From Armatimonadota bacterium (GTDB lineage Bacteria; Bacteroidota; Ignavibacteria; OLB7): DNA of 64,000 bases. How positions within the stretch are numbered: the first letter of the stretch is position 1; each line of letters starts with the position of its first letter. The DNA lies in the NCBI GenBank assembly GCA_020850315.1, contig JADZEY010000029.1, positions 7,413 to 71,412 of the forward strand, given 5' to 3'. Below are positions 47,217 through 57,604 of the stretch, piece by piece. Both the position numbers and the translations under genes were made by a program. Below the pieces are notes generated by a model. It ran no database searches. It saw only the letters and a program-made list of their open reading frames with translations, and was not told the DNA's origin.

Positions 47217-50105
47217 TTACCGTTGCAACATCATCGTGCGGGTGTCGCTCCAACGTCCACTGGTGACGCGGTAGTAGTAGGTTCCGGCTGGGAGCATGGT
47301 GGCATCCCACGTTAGTTGGTACGCGCCTTCGGAGATTGTAGCATCCAGCAGCGTGGCAACCAGCGCGCCGCGTGCGTCAAAGATTTCCACCATTGTGCGT
47401 CCCCCCTTTCCCACCGTGAACTGGATTCGCGTTTGTCCAGCAAACGGGTTCGGGTCGTTCTGCTGAAGTGTGTAGCCAGCAACGTTGCGGCTTAGTTCGG
47501 CGGCACTGGATGTTGTGTCCACATCCTTGAATGCCGCTTTCCCAGTCCAGCGGGAAGTATCACGATAGCGTGCAGTGTTGACCAAGAACTTAGCCGTGGT
47601 CTGGAATGTTCCGCTATCCTTTGGGTTAAAAATCACATTGATGGTGATGCACTGGTTCGGCCCCAATTTTGCCGCACGCAGCTTGTTCATATCACCCTGT
47701 GGAATATCGAACCCTTTTTGGATATTGATCACTGGGAAACCCGATCCGGCAGTGAACTTCACTGTGTCGGCACCGATGTTGCAAAGCTCTAACGGAAGCA
47801 CTTTTGTCTCCTCCACATACACCTCACCAAAATTCAAGTCTCCCATGCGGAGCAATGGATCGGCCGTCATGGCCGCAACTGGCAATCGGAATTCGGAGCA
47901 TTCGGTCAGCACCCGAAGCGTGTCGTGGTGAGTTTTGCCGTTGGTTGATGCCATGTAGCCAACGGTGATGGTTGCGGTCTGCCCCGGTTTTAATGTAAGA
48001 GTTGCTGGCTCGGTGCTAACCACCGTAAACCCTTGATTGCCACGGCTAAACTTCAGATCGTTGATTTTCAGATCGCGCCCCAACGGGTTGGAAATCGTGA
48101 TCTGTTGAGAATGGAGAGCCGAGTCGAACGGTGTTTTGCCGAAATTCAGCGCTGCCGGCATGGTGACGCGCTCGGCATAATAAGCGTAGGGGATTTCGGT
48201 TGACGCGCCTGTGCGATCCTTAATTACCAATGTTCCCGAAGCATCTTTGCTTGGGTCAACCGGAACCACACTAACCTTCGCATCACGCTCGCCAACGACT
48301 TGGAATGCAGTGGTTGGTTCCTTAAACACCACTTTGGCGTTCACCGCTCCCTCCTTCATCACTATTGAGCGAAGCCCGGCTGCCTCCAGCGATAGGGTGT
48401 GGATGTTCACGGCCAGCTCACTGCATTTGGTTTCGGTTGTGATTTCCAGAGTGTCGGGAACCTTCAGCACCTTCCGCATTGGGGAGAGCGGGTAGCCGTA
48501 GGCAATTGCTGTCCGCTCAAAGTACCGGCCTTTGGATCCACCGCTTCCTGAGCTGAACGATTCCAGCCCTTTCACCAGCCCGTACACTTGCCCGCTGAAT
48601 GTTGCGCCCGGTTCGGCGCGGACGTAGTAGCTGAGCCCTGGGTCAACCGGCATGGTTCCCCAAATCAACGTGGTGTTGGGGATATTGCCACGATTGAAGA
48701 CAAACGGGCGTTCGGAGGTGGTGGTGCTACCGTAGTAGATCATGCCGTCGAAATTTCCGTCGGCAACAATGTTGACGTAGTGTTCCATATCACCCGGGTG
48801 CTTTTCCACGTAAAACGGAGCAAAACTGGCCCACTGTTCGCGTGGGACAAGATCGGTCATAAAGGTGCTGACCGATTCAAAGCTGGCTCCTGTAATTGTG
48901 GTTCCCCCGCCTCCCCAACCACCGCCACCAGTGGATGGCTTGTTGGTCAATTTCACAGCTGCGGTGGAGTTCATCACCGCTTGCGCTGGCTTATCAGTTT
49001 TGATATAGACCGCCTGGGCTGTGCCATTGACGCGATGCTCATTGTAGGAGCGGTTTATCATGAAGAAATTGGACTTCTGCGCGCCGATTGTCTGCTGGTA
49101 GAATCCGCGTGTGGTGTCCTTGGAGCTTCCATAGACACGGATGAACTCCGAGGCGCGTTTGCCATCGGTGTTTTCGTTTGTTTGCCCTGTGATGCGGTAG
49201 ATATCCCACGTTGGGGTATAGACGAACTCCGTCCCATGCTGGTCGGCCGGGGCAAGCCATTCGATCATCATGTTTTTGAAGGTGTTCTGCGAAATTCCCC
49301 CTTCGAAGTTTGTCACCGAAGTGCGAGTGTTCCCGCTGATGACCGCTATCGGCTTGGTGGAACTGATGTACGATCCACCGAAATCTGGCTGCATGGTGCC
49401 GACATTGGCAGTTAGTGTGTCCACATAGCTTTGTAGCAGATAGGCTTGGTTGGCCATCAGCGTGACAAAGGTCATTTGATTGTCAGGAATTCGCCCATTG
49501 GGGTTAATCGTTACCACGGTGTTGTCTTGGGCGGCAATCACCATAATCTCTGCTGGCGCGGCCTTGTTCCTTTTGCTGATCTTGGTGCTTCCCACGGTTG
49601 CATCGGCCACGATGTCGCCTTGGAGTGTTGCCGCGTAGTATTCAGTCCCCCACGCTTCCACTGGCAATGGTGTCCAGGCCTCGGCACCGAATTTTGTGAT
49701 GACGTGGCAGTACATCAGAAACGGGTACTTCCCCTGAACACGGTAGGTGTTGTTTGATGGCACGCCAGGGGTGGTGACAACCGGCTGGGCGACTTTGGTC
49801 AAATCTACCGAGGTCATCAGCCCCCCTTTCACCGCAAAGGCTTTGGAGAATCCGGTTCCGGAAGTGAATCGGATGCTATCATCCACCGTGGAGTAGAGAT
49901 AGATCAGGAACTTATCCTCCATCTGATACGCATTGGCAGCATCGTTGACGTTGGCAATGGTATCGGGGAAGGCAATGATGTAGGTGCTGCCCCCTTGGAA
50001 TTCGTCGAACGGCAATGCTGGGGTCTGGCCATGCAGTCCCATTGCAAAAAGCAGCGTTCCAGCAATTGCCAGCAGCTGGCAACGCATTCTGAAAAATGTG
50101 CGCAT
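47217..50105 (-). CDS. giant secreted cell-surface protein (paralog B) with T9SS C-terminal sorting domain
   Basis: Signal peptide. N-terminal module shared with paralogs A and C (TYIIAFPDT, YCHVITKFGAEAWTPLP, WGTEYY, AYGYPLS), ASH-like repeats, and a C-terminal CTD …YYYRVTSGRWSDTRTMMLQR. The start is uncertain (ORF extends to 50150). Confidence 0.8.
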   Translation of the reverse strand: MRTFFRMRCQLLAIAGTLLFAMGLHGQTPALPFDEFQGGSTYIIAFPDTIANVNDAANAYQMEDKFLIYLYSTVDDSIRFTSGTGFSKAFAVKGGLMTSVDLTKVAQPVVTTPGVPSNNTYRVQGKYPFLMYCHVITKFGAEAWTPLPVEAWGTEYYAATLQGDIVADATVGSTKISKRNKAAPAEIMVIAAQDNTVVTINPNGRIPDNQMTFVTLMANQAYLLQSYVDTLTANVGTMQPDFGGSYISSTKPIAVISGNTRTSVTNFEGGISQNTFKNMMIEWLAPADQHGTEFVYTPTWDIYRITGQTNENTDGKRASEFIRVYGSSKDTTRGFYQQTIGAQKSNFFMINRSYNEHRVNGTAQAVYIKTDKPAQAVMNSTAAVKLTNKPSTGGGGWGGGGTTITGASFESVSTFMTDLVPREQWASFAPFYVEKHPGDMEHYVNIVADGNFDGMIYYGSTTTSERPFVFNRGNIPNTTLIWGTMPVDPGLSYYVRAEPGATFSGQVYGLVKGLESFSSGSGGSKGRYFERTAIAYGYPLSPMRKVLKVPDTLEITTETKCSELAVNIHTLSLEAAGLRSIVMKEGAVNAKVVFKEPTTAFQVVGERDAKVSVVPVDPSKDASGTLVIKDRTGASTEIPYAYYAERVTMPAALNFGKTPFDSALHSQQITISNPLGRDLKINDLKFSRGNQGFTVVSTEPATLTLKPGQTATITVGYMASTNGKTHHDTLRVLTECSEFRLPVAAMTADPLLRMGDLNFGEVYVEETKVLPLELCNIGADTVKFTAGSGFPVINIQKGFDIPQGDMNKLRAAKLGPNQCITINVIFNPKDSGTFQTTAKFLVNTARYRDTSRWTGKAAFKDVDTTSSAAELSRNVAGYTLQQNDPNPFAGQTRIQFTVGKGGRTMVEIFDARGALVATLLDATISEGAYQLTWDATMLPAGTYYYRVTSGRWSDTRTMMLQR

Positions 50106-50520
50106 GTGTGCTTGAAGTCTGATGTATGTGTTTGGAATAGCTTTCATCATGGAATGCCCTGTACGAAAAAGAAGGGAGAGGAAGAAGCTCGCGCCGAGGA
50201 CGTTGGATAAAGCCTTGCCCGAAAGGAAGAAGAGGGTAGGTTACAGTCCTTCCCAATGGAGGGGAGCCTGTCGCCGCAAAAAAAGTAACGCAGGCCGCAG
50301 CAAATATATTTACGATAGCAGATAGAGTAAGCACTGCGTTGGGTTGGCTAATACACCGTCACACCAGAAACATCACACGAAGCCGGCGCAACCCCAAGCC
50401 GCACGGAAAACGTTTCAACGTTTGGGAACATCACAACGCACAACGGGCTGCGTCGCGTTCAATCGCGCGACGCAGCCCATTGCAGTATTGGAGCAGACCG
50501 TGGAACCAATCGGGTGGGTG

Positions 50521-53424
50521 TTATCGGCTGACGGTCAGCGGTATCACCCCTTCCCATCCTGATGAAGTAATTCGACAGAAATATCTTCCAGAAGGGAACT
50601 CAGAAGCGTCCCACTCCAGATGGTGAGTTCCAGCTTCCAACACCTTCTCCACTATCGTGGCAACCTCAACCCCTGCCTCGTTATAGATTGCCCCCCTTGT
50701 TTCCCCCCGCTTCCCTACCGAGAACTCAATGTGTGTCCGGCTGCTGAACGGGTTTGGTGTGTTGTGGGCAATCCACCATTTCCCCTCCTCTGCATCCGGT
50801 TTGTTTGCTACATCCAACGGGGGCATCACCGCTGCTGTCCACCGTGAGGTATCGCGGCAACTGCGGGCGTTGGCAAATGCGCGTGCAGTTGTTTGGGCAA
50901 TGCCAAGCCGTTGTGGCATGAACGTCACCGGCACGCTGAAGCATTCCCCTGGTTTCAGCTTGGCCGACTGTAGTTGCGCAATCACGAACGGGGGAACACT
51001 GAACGATGTGTCCCCCCAACTCAAGACCCCCACCCCATTGGAATCAGCGAACGTCAGCGTCCCCGTCCCCTGATTGCAAATTTTTAGCTCCAACGTGCGG
51101 AAGCCGTCGGCTGGATGAAATGTGCCAAAATCTAAATCACCCATATACACGCAGTAGGTGACGGTCTTGGCGTGCAGCGCAATGGCCTTGTTGGAACACC
51201 CGTAGCCGAAACTGACACTCAACGAATCGGCGTGGCCTTTAGCCGTGGCCGCCGGAGCCACCCGCACAGCAACGGCCATGCAGCCACCAGCCGGAAGGGT
51301 TATTGGCAACTGTGTTGCCGAAGTATCTAGAGTAAATTGGCTGTTGGGATCGTTCAGCCGCACCGAAGAGATTTGAACATCATGGCCGGTGGGATTGCAG
51401 ATGGTGATTGCTGTGTCGCGCGGTGGCGCATTGGCCGGAAGCTCGCCAAAATCAACAGCAGAATCGGATGGGGTGAACCGGATGTTCATCCCAACATAGT
51501 TGTAGGGGAAGCGATGCTGATATCCGGTGCGGTCCACCACCACCAGCGTTGCCTGGGCATCCTTTGTGGGATCAATCGGAACCACCTGAAGATCAACGTT
51601 GGTTTTCATCAGAATTTCATCGGGGATTACCGGATCGCGATACTCAATTCGTGCGTTGGCTGCGGCTGGTTCAATGTATGCTTCAGCAAACCCTGCTGGC
51701 AGCTTGTTGGTGTTCTGGATCATCACTCTCATCCTACCGCAAAGGCTGCTCTGTTCAATTTCTACCGAGTCGGGCGCGGCCAACACCCGCCGCTGCGGCG
51801 CAATCGGATAGCCGTAAGCAAGTCCGACTTCCTCCTTGTATCCCTTATCCTCCCCCGGAATAAACCCCTCATACCCCGCCCGCCCGCCATAGACGTAGCC
51901 GTAAAAATGTACCGAGGCATCGCTTCCATACAGCAGATAGGTGGCCGTTGGCGATAGCTCCATAACCAGCCACTCAAGATCGGTTCCGGGGATGCTCATC
52001 CAAGCATTCCGTTTGAAGCCGACAGAGGTAGCAGTGGGGAGCGCGACCTCCACGCCGTTCATCTTCATCCGCAGCTTGCTCCGTTCCGAAGCTGCCACGG
52101 CAATGTTCACGTAGTGCGTCATCCCCGGCATGGAGTGCTGGGCCATAAACGGAGCAGCGTTCGGCCATTGCTCGCGCGGGGTAAGCTCCACCATGTACGG
52201 GACAGCAACGGCCTGATAGTTTGCATTGACGCTTTCCCCCCATGTGATAGTTGTGCCGTTAAATCGGACGGCAGAGGAGGAACTCATCATCGCCATTGCA
52301 GGAGTATCAGCAAGGAAGTACGCCGGATTGGGGGTGCCAAGCGCGAACGTCACCCCCTTCCAGCCAGATACCGAAGTAGTATCGAACGTTCCTGCTGCGT
52401 TGGTCATGCTGGCCAGCCTGACCGCCGCTGCCGAATCGCCAGCGATAAGCCGAACGACCTCATGCGGGCGGCGTTCCTCAAGTTTTTCGTTTGGTTCTCC
52501 AGCAGGCCGGCTAGAGTCGGCGGTTGGCAAGTACAAGAACGCTGTACCCCATTGCCGACGTGGCGGCATTGCTTCAATCAGCGGGTTTTTCATGCTGTTC
52601 TGTCCCAGCCCTGCCCCCAAGTCGCGGTTGGCGGTGCGGGTGGTGGCCGCAATCACACTGATCGGATTATTGGAAGTCACCAGGGTGCCAGTGATATCTG
52701 GCTGTGGCGCACCCAAATTCTCCAAGGAAGTATCCACAAAGCTTTGAATCTGGTAGGCTTGGCCTGCCTGTAGCTGAACATCCACCGTTTTGGGGAAGCC
52801 AGCGATTGCCCCTTTCGGGAAGATTGTGACGTGGGTGCCGTCGAACGCCGAAAGGATCAGCAGCTCGGCGGGGGCAGCGCGAGCAACACGGGTGTAGCCG
52901 AACGTAGTGGAACCGACATCGTTCACCACATCCCCCGGCATCGTGTTCACGTAGTATTCGGTCCCCCAAGTTTCCAGCGGAAGCGGAGTCCAAGCCTCGG
53001 CACCAAACGAAGTAGCGATGTAGCAATAGAGAACCACCGGCGCGGCAGCATCCACCCGCCATGTGTTGTTCGATACCACCCCTGAACCATCCACCACACT
53101 CCCCGAAAGGGTGATAGTCTGGAATGTTCCGGCAGCAATGGCATGCTGGCTAGCCTGTTTGGTAGCGTTGTTGGTGATGGTGACGCGATTGCCGTCGGTT
53201 GCCGAGTAGATCATCACCTGCATGGTGCTGATGATTTTGGAAGGATAGCGGAGGTCGTAACGGTTCCCCGAGGTATCGGGGAAGGCGATGAGATATGTTC
53301 GCCCCGTTGTTAAACGGTCAAGCGGTTGGGCGGAAAGCCGGGCGTGCAATCCAACCACAGCACACAGAACAACGGCGGCAACAAGGAAAGCATGGCATCG
53401 GGCAGGAGCAAATAAAGGTTGCAT
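50521..53424 (-). CDS. giant secreted cell-surface protein (paralog C, tandem to B) with T9SS C-terminal sorting domain
   Basis: Signal peptide MQPLFAPARCHAFLVAAVVLCAVVGLHARLSAQ. TYLIAFPDT, YCYIATSFGAEAWTPLP, WGTEYY and AYGYPIA motifs are co-linear with paralog B. C-terminal CTD …YFCRITSSGWEGVIPLTVSR. Confidence 0.85.
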   Translation of the reverse strand: MQPLFAPARCHAFLVAAVVLCAVVGLHARLSAQPLDRLTTGRTYLIAFPDTSGNRYDLRYPSKIISTMQVMIYSATDGNRVTITNNATKQASQHAIAAGTFQTITLSGSVVDGSGVVSNNTWRVDAAAPVVLYCYIATSFGAEAWTPLPLETWGTEYYVNTMPGDVVNDVGSTTFGYTRVARAAPAELLILSAFDGTHVTIFPKGAIAGFPKTVDVQLQAGQAYQIQSFVDTSLENLGAPQPDITGTLVTSNNPISVIAATTRTANRDLGAGLGQNSMKNPLIEAMPPRRQWGTAFLYLPTADSSRPAGEPNEKLEERRPHEVVRLIAGDSAAAVRLASMTNAAGTFDTTSVSGWKGVTFALGTPNPAYFLADTPAMAMMSSSSAVRFNGTTITWGESVNANYQAVAVPYMVELTPREQWPNAAPFMAQHSMPGMTHYVNIAVAASERSKLRMKMNGVEVALPTATSVGFKRNAWMSIPGTDLEWLVMELSPTATYLLYGSDASVHFYGYVYGGRAGYEGFIPGEDKGYKEEVGLAYGYPIAPQRRVLAAPDSVEIEQSSLCGRMRVMIQNTNKLPAGFAEAYIEPAAANARIEYRDPVIPDEILMKTNVDLQVVPIDPTKDAQATLVVVDRTGYQHRFPYNYVGMNIRFTPSDSAVDFGELPANAPPRDTAITICNPTGHDVQISSVRLNDPNSQFTLDTSATQLPITLPAGGCMAVAVRVAPAATAKGHADSLSVSFGYGCSNKAIALHAKTVTYCVYMGDLDFGTFHPADGFRTLELKICNQGTGTLTFADSNGVGVLSWGDTSFSVPPFVIAQLQSAKLKPGECFSVPVTFMPQRLGIAQTTARAFANARSCRDTSRWTAAVMPPLDVANKPDAEEGKWWIAHNTPNPFSSRTHIEFSVGKRGETRGAIYNEAGVEVATIVEKVLEAGTHHLEWDASEFPSGRYFCRITSSGWEGVIPLTVSR

Positions 53425-53623
53425 AGCTCACTCCATACGGTAAGGTTGATTAGGTGTCCAGGGGAATCTCCCTCTGTAGTTCTCTAACACAGGAATTGCG
53501 CGAATTGTTAGCAGGGGGCGAAAATGCCATCGCGACAAAGCACCACGAAGCAGAGACAATAGCCGATCTCGCGGAGGGCAAGTGAACTCCCCCGCTGATG
53601 CTGAGTTTCCGTTCCTATCATGC

Positions 53624-53680
53624 CACAAAAAAAGCAACCGAGGGTGGGTGCAGCGATACTGCGGCATCCCTCTCGGTTGC
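53624..53680 (-). terminator. rho-independent terminator downstream of rpoZ (minus sense)
   Basis: Stem GCAACCGAGGG…CCCTCTCGGTTGC with a 7-A run on the plus strand (T-run in the minus sense). Confidence 0.65.
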
Positions 53681-53707
53681 TTGTCGTGCTGTTTGCAGCA
53701 GCAATTA

Positions 53708-54001
53708 TCAGTACTGCGGCTCGCGGTAGCGGTATTCAAGGTCGCCATCCAGCATCTCATCCAAGGCCAAGAATGTTGGTTTTGGTATGTAGTCGAACTC
53801 ACGGGCAACCTCAAGTTGGTCAGGGTTCGCAACCTCGGTGTCGTCGTCGTTGACGATGGCAACTTCGGCAATGCGTGCCTGCAAATTGGCGCGCAGCTCA
53901 TCATTGATCTGGCGTGCACGGCGCGACATGATGACAATTGCCTCGTAGATGCTTCCGGCTTCCCCGGTTGCCTGCTTCAAATCTACTGGTCGGATCGGCA
54001 T
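53708..54001 (-). CDS. rpoZ: DNA-directed RNA polymerase subunit omega
   Basis: Core omega motif SIYEAIVIMSRRARQINDEL, and a position immediately downstream of gmk (conserved gmk-rpoZ synteny). The start is placed at the internal Met (MPIRPVD) and the ORF extends to 54127. Confidence 0.7.
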   Translation of the reverse strand: MPIRPVDLKQATGEAGSIYEAIVIMSRRARQINDELRANLQARIAEVAIVNDDDTEVANPDQLEVAREFDYIPKPTFLALDEMLDGDLEYRYREPQY

Positions 54002-54136
54002 GGGTTTCCCTTTGATGGTTATCGTATGGATTATGATTGTTCTGTTTGCAACGTTAGCTATTGGAGTGAGACGATTGCTTCTTGCCAGCCGCTGATTGCC
54101 CGGGAAGGTACCGGCTGGACGCGCCACCCGCTGAAG

Positions 54137-54691
54137 TTATTGCAGTAACGCCTCAATCTGCTGCACAGCACGCTCCACAACGTCGTTCACCACAACCGCA
54201 TCAAACTCCCCCTGCATTGCCATCTCCATCCGGGCGCGGTTGATGCGTGTTTGCTGAACCTCGGGGCTTTCGGTCTGGCGGTTGCGCAGCCGTCGCTCAA
54301 GTTCTTCCAACGACGGCGGGGCAATAAACACCAGCAACGACTCATTGGGGAAGGCGGCACGGATGGAGAGAGCGCCTTTCACATCAACATCAAAAATCAT
54401 CCGCGAATCCCCTTCGGATTCCTGAAGCTGCCGTGCAATGTGGCTTCGGAGAGTTCCGTACAGATTGCCGAAGATCTCCTCCCACTCAATCAAATCTCCG
54501 TTGGCAATCCGTTGCTGGAATTCTTCCCGCTCCAAAAAGAAGTAATCGCTCCCGTCAACCTCGCCCGGACGTTGCTGGCGTGTGGTTGCCGAAACCGAAA
54601 ACCGCCACGATGGATGCCGCTGTATCAGCTGCCGAGCAATGGTGGTCTTCCCCGCGCCGCTTGGTGCCGATAAAACAAGCAGCCGCATCAT
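54137..54691 (-). CDS. gmk: guanylate kinase
   Basis: P-loop LSAPSGAGKTT and a GMP-binding region. Length 184 aa. Confidence 0.9.
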   Translation of the reverse strand: MMRLLVLSAPSGAGKTTIARQLIQRHPSWRFSVSATTRQQRPGEVDGSDYFFLEREEFQQRIANGDLIEWEEIFGNLYGTLRSHIARQLQESEGDSRMIFDVDVKGALSIRAAFPNESLLVFIAPPSLEELERRLRNRQTESPEVQQTRINRARMEMAMQGEFDAVVVNDVVERAVQQIEALLQ

Positions 54692-55566
54692 TCGATATTC
54701 TGCACCTGTTCGCGGATTTTCTCCAACTCCTCCTTTGCCCGCACAACAAGGTGTGCAATCTCCGAGTCGTTCGATTTGGATCCAATGGTCGTGATCTCAC
54801 GGTTCATCTCCTGCAACAGGAAGCCCAGTTTCCGCCCTGCTGGCTCGGGGCCATTCACGGCTTCCATGAAGAATTTTGCGTGGCTGCGGTAGCGGACGCA
54901 CTCTTCGGTAACGTCTAACTTCTCGGCAAGGATCACAATCTCGAACTCCAGCCGTTGCTCGTCAATCTCATCGTTCTCGAACAGCTGGGCAATCCGCTCG
55001 CGCAGGCGTTGGCGTTCTTGTGGGATTTTCTCGCGGCTGATCTTCTCAACATTTTCCACCATCGCGCTGATGCTTGCAACGCGGTTGCTGATATCGCGGG
55101 AAAGCTCATTCCCTTCGTTGCGCCGCATTGTGTCCAGCGCGCGCGCGGCTTCGTCCACAGCTTGCGCCACAAGCTCCCACTGCACATCCTCGCTGACCTC
55201 AGTTGTGGGACGGATCAGCAGATCGCTAAATCGCAGCAGATGATCCAAGCTGACTGCTTCTTTCAACTTGGCGGCTTTTTTAATCTGCTCCAGGGCTTCC
55301 TTGTAGGCAGCCACGGTGTCGGGGTCAACGGCTAATCCGGTGGTGGATTTCTGCTCACGCTCGACATTGACCGAGACGTTGATTTTGCCACGATTGACAA
55401 TTTTTCGGACGATCTCGCGGATGTCGTTTTCGCGCGGGTTAAGGTCGCGCGGGGTGCGGGTAATGACTTCAAGGAAACGGCTGTTTAGGCTGCGAAGCTC
55501 TACCGAGACCGAAACGCCATCGCGTGAACGCTCGCTTCGGCCGTAGCCGGTCATGCTGGTTATCAT
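54688..55566 (-). CDS. yicC: YicC/YloC family stress-induced protein (UPF0701)
   Basis: N-terminus MITSMTGYGRSE…VELRSLNSRFLE and C-terminal DUF1732-like region. The stop overlaps the gmk start. Confidence 0.85.
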   Translation of the reverse strand: MITSMTGYGRSERSRDGVSVSVELRSLNSRFLEVITRTPRDLNPRENDIREIVRKIVNRGKINVSVNVEREQKSTTGLAVDPDTVAAYKEALEQIKKAAKLKEAVSLDHLLRFSDLLIRPTTEVSEDVQWELVAQAVDEAARALDTMRRNEGNELSRDISNRVASISAMVENVEKISREKIPQERQRLRERIAQLFENDEIDEQRLEFEIVILAEKLDVTEECVRYRSHAKFFMEAVNGPEPAGRKLGFLLQEMNREITTIGSKSNDSEIAHLVVRAKEELEKIREQVQNIE

Positions 55567-55715
55567 GCGCTAATGTTCTGGCTGAAAGACTGGTTGATGA
55601 GAAAGAAGCGTCAAACTTACAAAAAAACCACCCCGTTTAGCCGTTACAGAGCGAAGCCAAACGGGGAGTAGTGATTTTTTCGATTTCGGCGATTGTGCGG
55701 AAGCTCACCAAGCGG

Positions 55716-56588
55716 CTACATCTCGCTGTCGCTGTCGTCGTCGTCCTCATCGGGATTGATGGATTTGATGACGATTGCCACGTTGTCGGGAAGTGAGGTT
55801 GCATCCCAACTGAGCGTCACCGGGTCGGCAAGGGTCCACTCCAACCGCGTCACGCTGATCTTCGCAGCTTTCATGTACTCCTTGATCGCGTTCAGGCGTT
55901 GGCGGCCAAGCTCCTTTTTTTGCTCTTCGGTCAGCTCTGGCTGAACCGGAGCTGGCGGGGGCGGCGGTGGTGCTGGGGCCACGCCTTTCTTCCCTTTTTT
56001 CGCTGGCTTCGCTTTTTTTGCTGGCGGCGGTGGCGGTGGTGGTGGTGGCGGCGCAGATTTCAGGTCGGGGGTGATAGTGATGCCAACAACGATTGCGCCG
56101 TTGATCTTCAACATTTTCTCAATCTCATACAGCTTCGGCGTTGGCTTCAGAACTGCCGAACCGGGCTCGAACAGCCGCCCCGAAAAAAGCTGCGCCCCAA
56201 CAGGGATTTGCTCCAGATAGATGTTGGTATCTACTTCCTGATAGTTCAGGTCATCGGGGGTACAGTAGTAGATGTCGGTGATGAAATACCCCGGCGTCTT
56301 CAGCCGGAAGCGGTACATGGTTTGCGGGTCAAGCAGCATCTGGTACTCGCCAGTGTTTCCGTTGATTTTGGAGTTATTCACCGAACGGCTGGTGCTTTTC
56401 CCTTCGGTCTCGAATGCCCACATCTTACCCGCGCCAACCGGTTTGTTCGATTTGGCATCCAGCACCATACCACGGATCAACTTGATTGGATTTTTGACTT
56501 GGGCAGACGCTGGTTGTGCCACGGCCATTGCCAGCAACACCATCACAGCAAAATGCCACGAACCGACAGCAGTGTTGATGATCCTCAT
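55716..56588 (-). CDS. secreted protein with N-terminal beta-sandwich, poly-proline/Lys linker and acidic C-terminus (function unknown)
   Basis: Signal peptide …AMAVAQPASAQ, then PPPPPPPPPPAKKAKPAKKGKK…PPPPPPAP low-complexity linker, then tail DEDDDDSDSEM. Confidence 0.5.
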   Translation of the reverse strand: MRIINTAVGSWHFAVMVLLAMAVAQPASAQVKNPIKLIRGMVLDAKSNKPVGAGKMWAFETEGKSTSRSVNNSKINGNTGEYQMLLDPQTMYRFRLKTPGYFITDIYYCTPDDLNYQEVDTNIYLEQIPVGAQLFSGRLFEPGSAVLKPTPKLYEIEKMLKINGAIVVGITITPDLKSAPPPPPPPPPPAKKAKPAKKGKKGVAPAPPPPPPAPVQPELTEEQKKELGRQRLNAIKEYMKAAKISVTRLEWTLADPVTLSWDATSLPDNVAIVIKSINPDEDDDDSDSEM

Positions 56589-56770
56589 TGATTGCCTTGC
56601 TTGATTGCTATTGATATTGATGAAGTCCTACAACGTTGCTCATCCTTTGCGGAGAAAGCGTACCCGAAGGGAGGCGTTCCGCTGCTTCAAGGGTGATTAT
56701 ACGTGATTGGTTTTTTGTTTCCTACTAGGCGGGCAAATCATTTTCATTCTTGCGGAAGGGCTTACGCCGT

Positions 56771-57553
56771 TCAGCGGTTCAGGAACTGGGCAATTCCCGC
56801 TTGGCAATCGGGAGTCATGCGGGCAAGGGCGTTCATTCGCGAGGCGTAGTCGAGCGCGGAGTCAAGGGGCATTCCATCAAGCGCGGTAAGCATCTGCTTC
56901 GTGAGCGCGATTGCCGAGCCGCTTGCCGCCGCGAACTCAGCCGTCAGGTTGAAGATGTGGGCATCCAGTGCCGCCACGGCTTCATCGCCGTTTCCCGGGA
57001 CCACTGTTGTGACAAGCCCACGCTGGGCGGCCTCGGTTGCGGTGATAATTTTTCCGCTTAGTAGCAGCTCGCGGGTCTGTATCTGCTGGCTTTTGCGGAT
57101 CAGAAACGCCATCACGATAGCTGGGATGAAGCCGATTTTCACTTCGGTGTAGCCAAAACTGGCATGTTCCACAGCAACCACAATATCACACACGGTTGCC
57201 AAGCCGCACCCGCCAGCAATGGCGGGGCCGTGGACGCGGGCAATCACCGGCTTGGGGGCTTCGTAAATGGCGCGCAACGTTCGGGCAAGCGATGCCGAAT
57301 CGTTCATGTTGTCAATCGCAGTGAACCGGGCCATCTGCTGCAGATACGCCAGATCGGCCCCGGCGCAAAATGCTTTTCCCCGCCCAGCGATAACGATTGA
57401 GCGGACGGAGGCATCCCCCCCAAGCATCTGCACAGCATCGTGCAGTTCCGTGACCATCAGGCTATCAAGGGCATTCCGCTTTTCGGGGCGGTTCAGGTAT
57501 ATCCACCCTGCGCTGTGAACAAGCTCAACCTCAAGGCGTTGGTATTCTGGCAT
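56771..57553 (-). CDS. enoyl-CoA hydratase/isomerase (crotonase) family protein
   Basis: Oxyanion-hole motif AGRGKAFCAGADL in the crotonase fold. Length 260 aa. Confidence 0.85.
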   Translation of the reverse strand: MPEYQRLEVELVHSAGWIYLNRPEKRNALDSLMVTELHDAVQMLGGDASVRSIVIAGRGKAFCAGADLAYLQQMARFTAIDNMNDSASLARTLRAIYEAPKPVIARVHGPAIAGGCGLATVCDIVVAVEHASFGYTEVKIGFIPAIVMAFLIRKSQQIQTRELLLSGKIITATEAAQRGLVTTVVPGNGDEAVAALDAHIFNLTAEFAAASGSAIALTKQMLTALDGMPLDSALDYASRMNALARMTPDCQAGIAQFLNR

Positions 57554-57604
57554 TGCTGAAAAAACTGAGTTGCCGAACGTGCTGATTGCAGCACGTATCG
57601 GTTG

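Noticed and set aside
53428-53937. 169-aa minus-strand ORF upstream of paralog C
   Set aside because: Overlaps the rpoZ terminator and promoter region and has poor coding composition. Likely intergenic.
53708-54127. 139-aa version of rpoZ with a 42-residue N-terminal extension
   Set aside because: The omega core begins at the internal Met (MPIRPVD). The extension is basic/low-complexity and overlaps the gmk 3' end region, so the shorter start was chosen, though not with certainty.
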